Shown here piece by piece: positions 1-9,318 of a DNA stretch of 47,721 nt. How positions within the stretch are numbered: position 1 is the stretch's first letter; each line of letters begins with the position of its first letter. Origin of the DNA: Bacteriovoracaceae bacterium (lineage in GTDB: Bacteria; Bdellovibrionota; Bacteriovoracia; Bacteriovoracales; Bacteriovoracaceae). The stretch spans positions 1 to 47,721 of the forward strand of contig JBFGZE010000016.1 of NCBI GenBank assembly GCA_041586955.1. The letters are read 5' to 3'. A program made the position numbers and the translations under genes. The notes under the pieces are model-generated. The model worked only from the letters and a program-made list of their open reading frames with translations, ran no database searches and was not told where the DNA came from.

Positions 1-2
1 AG

Positions 3-314
3 AACGCTATTATTCAGTCAGATATGCATAAGACATACCCTAAGTTTGTCTCCAAGTACTTGCAGTCTTGTACCTATAAAACATATGAAGGTGGGCGATC
101 GTGTGTGGCCGGTCAAGGTGAACTAAAGAGAAAAGGCTACGATCCACTTTTTACACTTAATCACACTTGTGCAATGTTTCGTGACTCCATCAATCGACTG
201 GTACGTAAAACTTGGTGTTCGACGAAGCGAGTCGATAAACTCCAAAAACACATCGACATTTTTATAACCTATTATAACTTTGAGTACTTAAGCCTAGAGC
301 TCAACACCACTTAA
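3..314 (+). mobile_element. IS1-like (InsB-related) transposase, 3' part; 5' end lies outside the window
   Basis: The frame is open from base 3 (NAIIQSDMHKTY, an SD..Y motif like the second catalytic Asp). LNHTCAMFRDSINRLVRKTWCSTK resembles the InsB C-terminal IER.NL.LR....RL.RK...FSK segment. No inverted repeat identified. Confidence 0.65.
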
Positions 315-595
315 ATACACCAGTTATTAAAGCTTTTGCAATTTATCTGGTCAATGATTTTTATTGTGTTTTTTGTCGACATTTATTACTCTTAGCATCT
401 TCAGGGGTAACTCTCTGAGTCTAAACGAATACCTGATCTTTTTTTAATGATCTTTAATACTAAAAAGTCCTGACCGTCCTTTGAGTTGTAGTCAAAAGTA
501 TTGATGTTATATAAGACCCCCTACTTTTGAAAGTTCCATAGCAAGCCTAAATTAGACATTGGAAAAAAAGGTATAAAGATATAGGGAGATCATCG

Positions 596-1015
596 ATGAA
601 GGGTATTTTAATCGTCCTACTTATATTCATAACAAGCATTAGCTGGTCGCAAATCTACGATAAAGAATGGCATGAAAGTAAAATAGACATGGTCAAGGTT
701 GAACTTGGTAAAAAACTATTTAGACGAAAGGCCTGTAAAGGTTGTCATGTAATAGGAAACTTTGAAAATAAAAAACTAAGGGGACCCGACTTAATGGATG
801 TCACGGCCAGAAGAACAAAGGCATGGCTTGAGGGTTGGATTAAGGACCCTCGAGTTTATTTGAAGAACAAAGATCCTATTATTATGAAATTATTAAAGCA
901 GTACCCCACTAAGATGCCCTACTTAAAATTGAAACCAGAGCAAGTAGAGGGACTGTTGGAGTATATAAGGTACGAAAGTCTTGAAGCTAAAAAGCAACAT
1001 CAGAAAAAAAAATAA
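596..1015 (+). CDS. Monoheme c-type cytochrome, likely electron donor to NosZ (NosC-like)
   Basis: Signal peptide, CKGCH heme motif, GPDL, KMP distal Met; AGGGAG RBS; directly upstream of nosZ. Confidence 0.9.
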   Translation: MKGILIVLLIFITSISWSQIYDKEWHESKIDMVKVELGKKLFRRKACKGCHVIGNFENKKLRGPDLMDVTARRTKAWLEGWIKDPRVYLKNKDPIIMKLLKQYPTKMPYLKLKPEQVEGLLEYIRYESLEAKKQHQKKK

Positions 1016-1054
1016 TTTGTTTTTACTAAAGAGCGTCAACAGAGGAGCCTTTAA

Positions 1055-2998
1055 ATGAAAAATTTATTTTTGACGATTATTATTGGAGTGATCCTCGCTG
1101 CTTGTAGCAAATCTTCAGACTCTTCAGGACCTAGTGGTAATCGATTAGACGAAATTGCGAAAAAAAGAGGATTAACGCCTGCTGATATGGAGGCCGCGCT
1201 TAAAACTTTTACCCCCTCTGGAAAGCATGACCCTTTAACGATGTTTGCCTCTGGTGGGCATGCTGGTAATGTTCTTGTGATAGGAATTCCGTCAATGCGT
1301 ATCTTAAAGCGTATTCCTGTTTTTTCTCCAGATTCATGGACTGGTTATGCTTCGGGGTCAAAAGATACAACCAGCTTGATGAAAAGTGGACGCGAGTTAA
1401 CATGGGGGGATGTTCATCATCCGGCGTTATCTGAGACGGATGGGCAATATGATGGTCAATTTCTCTTTGTTAATGATAAGGCAAATGCCAGAGTTGCGGT
1501 TATTGATTTAAAAGATTTTGTCACCAAACAAATTCTTAATAACCCGCTCTTTGTAAATAACCATGGGGGAACATTTGTTACACCCAATACTGAGTGGGTT
1601 GTTGAAACTTCGCAATATAATGTTCCACTGGGGAATGAGTATTCAGCATTAGAAAATTTCAAAAATAAATATAAAGGTGTCGTTACTTTTTGGAAATTTG
1701 ATAGAGAAAAAGGTCGAATAGATCAGGCCAAAAGTTTTTCTTTAGAGTTACCACCGTATTGGCAAGATATTGCAGATTTTGGCAAATTGGGGAGTGATGG
1801 CCTCTTTTTTGTTAATTCAATTAATACCGAACAATCAACTGGCGGTAACCTTGAGGGAAAACCTGATTATGAAGTCGGTGTCTCTCGTAATGATATGGAT
1901 TATTTACATGTCGTAGATTGGAAAAAAGCAGCTGAATATGTTGCTAAAAACAAAGTACCAGAAAAATTGGGAATGAAGTTGGTCACTCTTGAAAATGTCA
2001 TCAAGCAGGGACTTCTCCATTTTATTCATGAACCAAAAAGCCCTCACGGAGTGGATATTTCGCCTGATGGTCGATTTGCCATTGTCTCTGGCAAGTTAGA
2101 TCCACATGTTACTGTTTATAATTTGGATAAAGTGAGAGAGGCGATAAAAAATAAGACCTTTAGTGGAAAAGATCCGTACGGTGTTCCCATTTTAAAGTTT
2201 GATTCCGTTGTGGACGCTCAGGTTGAAGTGGGGCTGGGACCCCTACATACTCAGTTTGATGCCCAGGGAAATGCTTATACCAGTTTATTTTTAGATTCAG
2301 CAATTGCAAAATGGTCCCTTCAAGGGGAGTTTTACCAAGATAAGAAAGCTTGGAAGCTAATGGACAAAGTACAAGTTCATTATAATATTGGCCATTTAAG
2401 TTGTGTCCAGGGAGATACTGTGGCACCTGGTGGTGGCCATTGTGTGGCGATGAATAAGTGGTCGATAGACCGTTTTAATAAGGTCGGCCCATTATTACCC
2501 CAAAATTTTCAATTGGTTGATATCTCTGGTGAAAAAATGAAGGTGATCTACGATTTGCCAATTCCTGGATCGGAACCACATTATGCGCAAATTATACCCA
2601 CATCTATTTTAAAACCAATTGAAGTTTATGAGGCCGGCACAGACCCTTTCACCATGGAAGAAAGCCCCTTTGCTACCTTTGCCGGAGAAGAGAAGATCGT
2701 ACGAAAGGGAAATACAGTTGAAGTTTTTATGACCGTTATGAGAAGTCATATTGTTCCTGATAAAATAGAAGTTAATAAGGGCGACTTGGTGCGAATTCAT
2801 GTGACGAATATTGAGCAATCCTTTGATGCGACCCATGGTTTTGCGATTAGTGGTCTGAATATCAATCTCTCTTTGGAGCCAGGGAAAGTCGATACTGTGG
2901 AGTTTAAGGCCACAAAAAGTGGGACATATCCCTTTTATTGTACGGAGTTTTGTTCTGCTCTTCATCTTGAAATGGCCGGCTACTTGCTTGTAAAATAG
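1055..2998 (+). CDS. nosZ: Nitrous oxide reductase, clade II (Sec-dependent, lipobox)
   Basis: CuZ His motifs DVHHP, NHGG, PKSPHG, GLGPLH, IGH, EPH; CuA motifs HGF and CTEFCSALHLEM; N-terminal LAAC lipobox, no twin-arginine; no C-terminal cytochrome extension. Confidence 0.98.
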   Translation: MKNLFLTIIIGVILAACSKSSDSSGPSGNRLDEIAKKRGLTPADMEAALKTFTPSGKHDPLTMFASGGHAGNVLVIGIPSMRILKRIPVFSPDSWTGYASGSKDTTSLMKSGRELTWGDVHHPALSETDGQYDGQFLFVNDKANARVAVIDLKDFVTKQILNNPLFVNNHGGTFVTPNTEWVVETSQYNVPLGNEYSALENFKNKYKGVVTFWKFDREKGRIDQAKSFSLELPPYWQDIADFGKLGSDGLFFVNSINTEQSTGGNLEGKPDYEVGVSRNDMDYLHVVDWKKAAEYVAKNKVPEKLGMKLVTLENVIKQGLLHFIHEPKSPHGVDISPDGRFAIVSGKLDPHVTVYNLDKVREAIKNKTFSGKDPYGVPILKFDSVVDAQVEVGLGPLHTQFDAQGNAYTSLFLDSAIAKWSLQGEFYQDKKAWKLMDKVQVHYNIGHLSCVQGDTVAPGGGHCVAMNKWSIDRFNKVGPLLPQNFQLVDISGEKMKVIYDLPIPGSEPHYAQIIPTSILKPIEVYEAGTDPFTMEESPFATFAGEEKIVRKGNTVEVFMTVMRSHIVPDKIEVNKGDLVRIHVTNIEQSFDATHGFAISGLNINLSLEPGKVDTVEFKATKSGTYPFYCTEFCSALHLEMAGYLLVK

Positions 2999-3034
2999 GT
3001 AGCCCTAAGAGCTGACCCATCATATGGAGTCGAT

Positions 3035-3703
3035 TTGAAAAAAGATCTAGAGACTCTTGGATTATGGCAAAAAAGAATCGTGTTAAATTCTATGATGTTC
3101 ATGGGAGCAGCGATCCTCATTGCCTCTTTCTTCTTTCCCTATTGGGAAATGCATATGACAGCTCCGCAATATCCTAAAGGCCTACACATTTATACTTACC
3201 TTGATCACGTTGAAGGTGATATCGCTGAAATTAATATCATTAACCATTATATAGGAATGGGGAAAATTGATAGTGCCGCTAAATTTGAAAGAAGGATTGC
3301 CTGGTATGTCGTTTTATTACTCGCATTGGGTGGTATTATCGTCGCCTCTTTTAGATTTAAGATTAATAGGTTTTTCTATATTCCACCAGTTTTGTTTTTA
3401 ATAGGGTTTTTGGGAGATTTTACTTATTGGATGTACAAGTTTGGACATGAGTTAAATCCCACTTCACCTATTACATTTATCAAGCCTTTTATGCCAACGA
3501 TCTTGGGAAAGGGGACAATTGGACAATTTACCACCATCGCTTACTTTTCCACAGGATTTTGGATGGCGGTTTTATCGACCTTTTTATTTGTTTTTGCTCT
3601 TACTAAAAAACGAATGAATTGCCGTAATTGCGAAAAATATCATGAATGTAAGGTCCTTTGTAATAGGGGAGACTTAGTTTTACCCAAAGAGGGTAAAAAA
3701 TGA
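3035..3703 (+). CDS. nosB: Clade II nos membrane protein NosB with Cys-rich C-terminal tail
   Basis: APQYP.GL and INIINHYIGM motifs, about 4 TM helices, position after nosZ; TTG start with GGAG RBS. Confidence 0.85.
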   Translation: MKKDLETLGLWQKRIVLNSMMFMGAAILIASFFFPYWEMHMTAPQYPKGLHIYTYLDHVEGDIAEINIINHYIGMGKIDSAAKFERRIAWYVVLLLALGGIIVASFRFKINRFFYIPPVLFLIGFLGDFTYWMYKFGHELNPTSPITFIKPFMPTILGKGTIGQFTTIAYFSTGFWMAVLSTFLFVFALTKKRMNCRNCEKYHECKVLCNRGDLVLPKEGKK

Positions 3704-5091
3704 AAAGTAATAAGGCGACATTTAACGTGCGATTTATTGTAAACCTTCGAGTGTTTATTTTAGGATCGGTAATAGGGGGAGTGATGGCATTATCACAGAG
3801 CTGTTGCGCTTACACTTACGGATTTGATATGACCCGATTGCAACGCTTAGTCGATCACGCCCAAGGCGGGGATGTCATCACTATTCCACCAGGTATTTAC
3901 TATGGAAATCTTAAAATAAATAAATCTATAACTTTAAATGGTAAAGGCCGGGTGATACTTGATGGAAAACAGCGAGGGAGTGTCATTAAAGTAAATGCTC
4001 CTAATGTTCGTTTGATCTCGTTGAAGATTCGTAATTCTGGTATCGAGTTAGGGAATGAGGACTCCGCTATATTACTCGATGATTCGCCGCAGTTTTTATT
4101 AAAAAATACAATAATAACAAATACTCTTTTTGGCATTCAATTAAGGGCAAGTCCCCATTCAAAAATAATAAACGTTAAAATCAAGGGTTACCCCTTTGAT
4201 TTGGCCCGCAGAGGAGACGTTTTAAAAGCATGGTATAGTCCTCATCTAGAAGTGGCAAATGGCGATTTCTCAGGCGGACGAGATGTGGTTGTTTGGTATT
4301 CAGACTATTCAAAAATGATAAATAATACCATCAGAAATGGACGGTATGGGGTCCACTATATGTATTCTCATAAGGCCCAAGTAAAAAATAATACCATTGA
4401 GGACAATTCTGTGGGGATATATATGATGTATAGTCATAATATGATCCTTGAGGAAAATAATATACACCGCAACCATGGGCCTAGTGGCTTTGGGATTGCT
4501 TTGAAAGAATGTAATGAGATCAAAATTATAAGAAATAGTCTTATCGGGAATAGAGTCGGTATCCATTCAGATAATTCACCGTTAAAAAAACCAAAACAAA
4601 TTAAAGAGGAATCACTCGTGATGTCCAATAATATTTCTCATAATGATATCGGATTTAATTTCGTCGGTCGAGGGAAGGGGCTAACCATCGTTAAAAACGA
4701 CTTTAATGATAATTGGGTCCAAGTGAGTTCTAAGGCGGTAAGAGAGTTGAATAGTAAGTGGGAAGAGAATTATTGGAGCGATTATAAAGGGATTGATATT
4801 GAAGGGCGTGGGATTGGCGCCTTTCCTTATCGCGCTAGGAATTTATTTAATGATTTAACAGATAAGTACGAAGGCCTTAAGGTATTTTCCTTCGGGCCTG
4901 CCATTATTGCCCTTAACTTTACAGAGAGGTTACTTCCTTGGCTTAATGAATCTCCAAAATTTGAAGATAAAAGGCCTCGAATGGGCCGGTGGAAAAATTA
5001 TGAAAAGAGATCAATCAATTATGCGTTTATTTTTATCTTTTTGGGTATGTCGTTTTGTGTGTCCTTCTTATGGAGATTGGGAAGAATATGA
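3700..5091 (+). CDS. nosD: N2O reductase maturation protein NosD (beta-helix) with C-terminal TM segment
   Basis: Parallel beta-helix repeats, YGVHYMYS and GIYMMYS Cu-binding motifs, NYWSDY; ATGA overlap with nosB; start uncertain. Confidence 0.95.
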   Translation: MKSNKATFNVRFIVNLRVFILGSVIGGVMALSQSCCAYTYGFDMTRLQRLVDHAQGGDVITIPPGIYYGNLKINKSITLNGKGRVILDGKQRGSVIKVNAPNVRLISLKIRNSGIELGNEDSAILLDDSPQFLLKNTIITNTLFGIQLRASPHSKIINVKIKGYPFDLARRGDVLKAWYSPHLEVANGDFSGGRDVVVWYSDYSKMINNTIRNGRYGVHYMYSHKAQVKNNTIEDNSVGIYMMYSHNMILEENNIHRNHGPSGFGIALKECNEIKIIRNSLIGNRVGIHSDNSPLKKPKQIKEESLVMSNNISHNDIGFNFVGRGKGLTIVKNDFNDNWVQVSSKAVRELNSKWEENYWSDYKGIDIEGRGIGAFPYRARNLFNDLTDKYEGLKVFSFGPAIIALNFTERLLPWLNESPKFEDKRPRMGRWKNYEKRSINYAFIFIFLGMSFCVSFLWRLGRI

Positions 5092-5741
5092 TTAAAATAA
5101 ATAATTTAGAAAAAAAATTCGGGGATCATATCATTTTTCAAGGGCCATCATTGGAAGTTCACAATGAAATTGTGGGTATTGTTGGTGCCAATGGAACCGG
5201 TAAAACAACTTTATTTAAATGCCTCTTAGGACTGAGTGATTTTTCTGGAAGTATTTTTATTGACCATTTGGATGTCAGAAAAAATCCTTTGGAAATAAAA
5301 AACAAGGTGGGTTATATCCCACAATATTTGCCCATTTGGCCTGATTTAGAATTAATTGATGTGATTAAGTTTTTTTGTAAACTGCGGGATGTCGGCATTG
5401 AGAGGGGGTTATTTCTTTTTGAACAATTTAATTTAATTAATCATTTAAAGAAAAAGGTGGCCTTCCTATCTGGTGGAATGCGACAAAAATTATCAATTGT
5501 TATCGCTCTTCTTTCTGACCCTGCCATTTTATTATTAGATGAGCCGACAGCAAATCTTGATGCATGGGCCACCAAAGAAATACTCAGCATCATGAAAAGT
5601 TGGAGGGGCGAGAAATGCGTTTTATTTGCGTCCCATCGCTTGGAAGAAGTCAGAATAATATCGAATAGAATAGTACAAATTGACGACGGTAGGTTTATCG
5701 AACCAAGGCTGGAGGATGTCAGCTTAGAATTTTTGGATTAA
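5088..5741 (+). CDS. nosF: ABC transporter ATPase NosF
   Basis: Walker A GANGTGKT, LSGGMRQK signature, LLLDEP Walker B; ATGA overlap with the nosD stop. Confidence 0.9.
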   Translation: MIKINNLEKKFGDHIIFQGPSLEVHNEIVGIVGANGTGKTTLFKCLLGLSDFSGSIFIDHLDVRKNPLEIKNKVGYIPQYLPIWPDLELIDVIKFFCKLRDVGIERGLFLFEQFNLINHLKKKVAFLSGGMRQKLSIVIALLSDPAILLLDEPTANLDAWATKEILSIMKSWRGEKCVLFASHRLEEVRIISNRIVQIDDGRFIEPRLEDVSLEFLD

Positions 5742-5764
5742 TGATCATTTTTTGAGGGTGAAGT

Positions 5765-6580
5765 ATGAAAAAGATACTTTTAATTTCCAAAATGTCTTTT
5801 AGAGAATCCATTCGTAATAAATGGGTCATTAATTTTAGTATAGGATTTGCATTATTGGCATTTCTCTTTTCATATGTTGGAAGTAGCGAGACTGCAACCT
5901 TTTCAAGCTTTGATCGTACCTCTGCAACTCTCTTAAATATACTGATGCTATTCATCCCCTTATTGGGATTTACTCTTGGGGCACAGAGCATTGCTGGGGA
6001 TCGGGAGGGAGGTAGCCTATTATACCTGTTAAGTCAGCCTATTAATAAAAATCATTATTTTTTTGGAAAATTTTTTGGCAGTGTTTTGGCCCTTTCTATT
6101 TCTATTACAAGTGGATTGGCCATCGCCGCATTGGGCGTGGCCCTTACAGGCTCAGATAAGGTGTTTAGCTTTATCATCTTATGGTTAACGGCCCTATTTT
6201 TCATTGTTGTTTGTGTCTCTATTGGAATGATTCTTTCAGTATTAGCGACAAATAGAGGTCGGGCCATTGGAACGGCAATATTTGCTTGGCTCGGTTTCAC
6301 TGTCCTGAGCGATCTGGGACTGATGGCCATGGCGCAGGTCTTGCGCCTAAGAAGTGAGGCCATCGTTGGGCTAACCTTGTTTAATCCTGTGGAAGTTTTT
6401 AAAATATTAACGATTAGAGTTCTTTCTTCTAATCTTGAGGTCCTGGGGATGGGAGGACTTTATTTAGATATTGTTTTTGGATCCTTGCTGCCACTTTTTC
6501 TTTTCTTTTGGCTTTGTTTTTTCTCGGTGATCGCCATATATTTTGCGAGATGGATATTTTTATTACAGGATGAATATTAG
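5765..6580 (+). CDS. nosY: ABC-2 type permease NosY
   Basis: Multiple TM helices, IAGDREGGSLLYLLSQP and FFGKF motifs; follows nosF. Confidence 0.9.
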   Translation: MKKILLISKMSFRESIRNKWVINFSIGFALLAFLFSYVGSSETATFSSFDRTSATLLNILMLFIPLLGFTLGAQSIAGDREGGSLLYLLSQPINKNHYFFGKFFGSVLALSISITSGLAIAALGVALTGSDKVFSFIILWLTALFFIVVCVSIGMILSVLATNRGRAIGTAIFAWLGFTVLSDLGLMAMAQVLRLRSEAIVGLTLFNPVEVFKILTIRVLSSNLEVLGMGGLYLDIVFGSLLPLFLFFWLCFFSVIAIYFARWIFLLQDEY

Positions 6581-6590
6581 GTCGTCATTT

Positions 6591-7043
6591 ATGAAGCAAA
6601 GTAGCAAAAATAAAAAGGATATTAAATCGATCATTTCTTTAGGATTGGTTATTTTTATTACCAGCTACGTGGGATGGGTCATGTTGTGGTCCCATAAGGG
6701 AGATGGGTTAAAAAGGGGAAGGATTGGTTATGATACTTGTGCTCATTGTGGAATGGCCCTTTCTGATCAACGATATGTGGCCTCTATTTTAATTAAAGAT
6801 CAATTCGACAATGATAAGACCTTACATTTTGATGATATTGGCTGTTTAATCAATTATACACAACAGGGTGAAGTAACGATTATCGATGGTGTTGTTTTCG
6901 ATTTTTATTCATTAAGTCCAATTTCTATCAAAAACGCCTATTTTGAAAAAAGTAAAAATCAAACCCCAATGGCCTCTGGATGGATATCGAGAGAAAAAAA
7001 AGGTCAGGAATCAAAAAGGTTTGAGCAAATATCAAAAGAGTAA
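6591..7043 (+). CDS. nosL: Copper chaperone NosL
   Basis: CAHCGM, FDDIGC and TPMASG motifs; N-terminal hydrophobic anchor without a lipobox Cys. Confidence 0.88.
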   Translation: MKQSSKNKKDIKSIISLGLVIFITSYVGWVMLWSHKGDGLKRGRIGYDTCAHCGMALSDQRYVASILIKDQFDNDKTLHFDDIGCLINYTQQGEVTIIDGVVFDFYSLSPISIKNAYFEKSKNQTPMASGWISREKKGQESKRFEQISKE

Positions 7044-7127
7044 TTTACTCTTGAGATAAAAATCTAGATTTGCTATGTTTCGCAGGTCCTCATAAATTTA
7101 ATATCAGTTATTTTTAACAATGAGATA

Positions 7128-7150
7128 TCCAATTTTTTAAAAAAATTGGA
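7128..7150. repeat. Perfect 11-bp inverted repeat TCCAATTTTTT-A-AAAAAATTGGA
   Basis: Read directly in the intergenic region after nosL; function unknown. Confidence 0.5.
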
Positions 7151-7277
7151 AGTTGTAATCATTGTGTTTTTATAGATGGCAACGATACATTGACGCCGAT
7201 TCCTTATATATCCCTATTAAGGTTGTAGGTCTTGTGTGATTTTAAGCGAGGTATTGATTGTGAGAAATTTAGCAAAA

Positions 7278-9014
7278 ATGATGAAGCTCATGCTTTTACT
7301 TATTTCCCTGAACGTAGCATGCTTACATGCCATTGCATTAACTGCACCACAAGCTTTGGAGCAAGCTAAAAAAGGGAGGTTTGACTTTATACAAGTCTCA
7401 AAGGATATCCAGCAGCAGGCCCATACTTTGAAAGACCCCTCTGAACTCTTTTCCTTTATTTTGATCCTTGATAATCTGTCAGTGATCGCAAAAGAATATG
7501 ATTTTAATGGCCAGGATTCAAACCCCATGAACTCAATGGCCCATGCCCTAACGAGGGAGGCGTCGAAATGGATTGACTTCGGACATACCGATTGGGATAG
7601 AGTCGGTCCATTTCTTAAATGGTCTGATAATGAGACACGTAATTTAGTTCTAACCTTTCAAACGGAATTATTATCTCGCGCCACGACTAAAGAGTCGATT
7701 CAAATATGGGCAGTTAATGCTCAGAAGTCATATCAACTATTGGTGCAGCTAAAGGCGGAACCAGAGGTTATTGTTAACTATTCAGGTTTTCAATCAATCA
7801 TTATTAAAAAGGTATTAAATAATCGGGCCTTTTTTTCCGGGAATGAAGTCACTGAAATGATTAAAAATACCTCCTCAGTCGGTGGGATTTCAGGATTTGC
7901 GAGTTTTTTAATGGCAGAGATTTATTCCAATATGAATTCCAAACAACTTAATGATCGTATGCAATGGGCCATTTTCCTAGGAGAAAGTATTAGAGCTTAT
8001 CCTTTTGTCCTCCCATCTCATTTAGAAAATACGGCCTATCAACTCATTAAAAAAATTATCGATCAATTGTTAGCTGAAGGTGGCAATCCTCTTAAAAATT
8101 ATCAAGGGAGCTTATCAAAAGCGATGACTAAGCGGCAGGTTTCAAACCTGCTTTATTCTTTGAAAACGATTGAAATCAAACGACTTACAAGGTCTCAGGT
8201 TGAGTTTTTATGGTTTGTTCTCGGTGATTTAAAGGTGGTTGTTAAAGAATTAAATGATGACCGCTTGGATCAGTTTATTTTTGAACTAACCGGCCAAATC
8301 GCCATGAAACGGGTTCTTATAAATAATGATTATGAAGGAACTTATGACATTCAATTTAGCAATGAGACCGCCGGACGAATCACTATTGCTAGGACTGATT
8401 CCTCTCATTTTATTGTGGGGATTAGTGGACCTTTAAAGGGAGGAGTGGCGTATTCGACTTATAGTATGATGTATATAAACTTCAATAAAGAAACAGACAT
8501 GTTTGAAGCATATAGTTTCAAAATAACAGATCCCCAATTGGGAATTCCAAGTCAGGGTCGCTATTTTATGAGCTTTAAATTTAAAAGAAAAAGAGGCCAG
8601 ATGAGAATTCGAGGAATATTCAATAATGGCCTTAACCAATTCCCTTTTAAAGGGATACAGGTTGAAAAATACCCTGAGTATCATAAACCGGCAGAATCAA
8701 TAATGAATCCCACCGGTATTTATAGGGGAGATTTGGAGTGGGGATTTGAGAGAATTGATAATGCCACATTATCTCTTCACACTGCCGGTGATCAATTTGC
8801 GGGAAGCCTTGTCCAAGGATCGTTGAGAATAGACTTCCCTTTCGGCACCTATAATAAGACTTTTAATAACTTTATCTTAACTCGCGGGCCAAGACACCAG
8901 GGCCTTAATTGGATTCAATTAAGGGGACAGATTATTGGCAAAAAAGTTTATGCCACATATATTATTGGCGGGCGTGGTATTCGCTTTGATTATTTGGGGC
9001 GTTTCGTTGATTAG
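7278..9014 (+). CDS. Hypothetical secreted protein (helical N-terminal half, beta-rich C-terminal half)
   Basis: Long ORF with a signal-peptide-like N-terminus; alternative GTG start at 7236. Confidence 0.75.
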   Translation: MMKLMLLLISLNVACLHAIALTAPQALEQAKKGRFDFIQVSKDIQQQAHTLKDPSELFSFILILDNLSVIAKEYDFNGQDSNPMNSMAHALTREASKWIDFGHTDWDRVGPFLKWSDNETRNLVLTFQTELLSRATTKESIQIWAVNAQKSYQLLVQLKAEPEVIVNYSGFQSIIIKKVLNNRAFFSGNEVTEMIKNTSSVGGISGFASFLMAEIYSNMNSKQLNDRMQWAIFLGESIRAYPFVLPSHLENTAYQLIKKIIDQLLAEGGNPLKNYQGSLSKAMTKRQVSNLLYSLKTIEIKRLTRSQVEFLWFVLGDLKVVVKELNDDRLDQFIFELTGQIAMKRVLINNDYEGTYDIQFSNETAGRITIARTDSSHFIVGISGPLKGGVAYSTYSMMYINFNKETDMFEAYSFKITDPQLGIPSQGRYFMSFKFKRKRGQMRIRGIFNNGLNQFPFKGIQVEKYPEYHKPAESIMNPTGIYRGDLEWGFERIDNATLSLHTAGDQFAGSLVQGSLRIDFPFGTYNKTFNNFILTRGPRHQGLNWIQLRGQIIGKKVYATYIIGGRGIRFDYLGRFVD

Positions 9015-9318
9015 GGCCAGAAACGCCTATTGCATTCACTTATTGGGCAAAAAAGTGTGTTTTGGGCCTGAACATTATGCTGCGTAAGCTATAAGGTCGT
9101 TCTAATCGCCAATGATAATTTCGTTCTTTGTTTTCTTCTCACAAATGCCTCATATTTTGGGCACCTGAAATTACCTTAATTTTGCCAATTCTCACTTTAA
9201 CACCTTAAGAATGGTATGTTTTGAAAAATTTATATCTTTCATTCATTGTGTGAATCCTTCAGTTTGATATGATTATGTCGGTCTTTTAAAAATGTTAAGA
9301 GCTTCTGCAGGTGAATTT

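Noticed and set aside
480..514. Possible FNR/DNR box upstream of the nos operon (TTTGA-N7-TCAAA at 480-496; TTGAT half-site at 501)
   Set aside because: The first has spacing one base too long for TTGAT-N4-ATCAA and the second has only one good half-site. It may be another regulator's site but cannot be supported.
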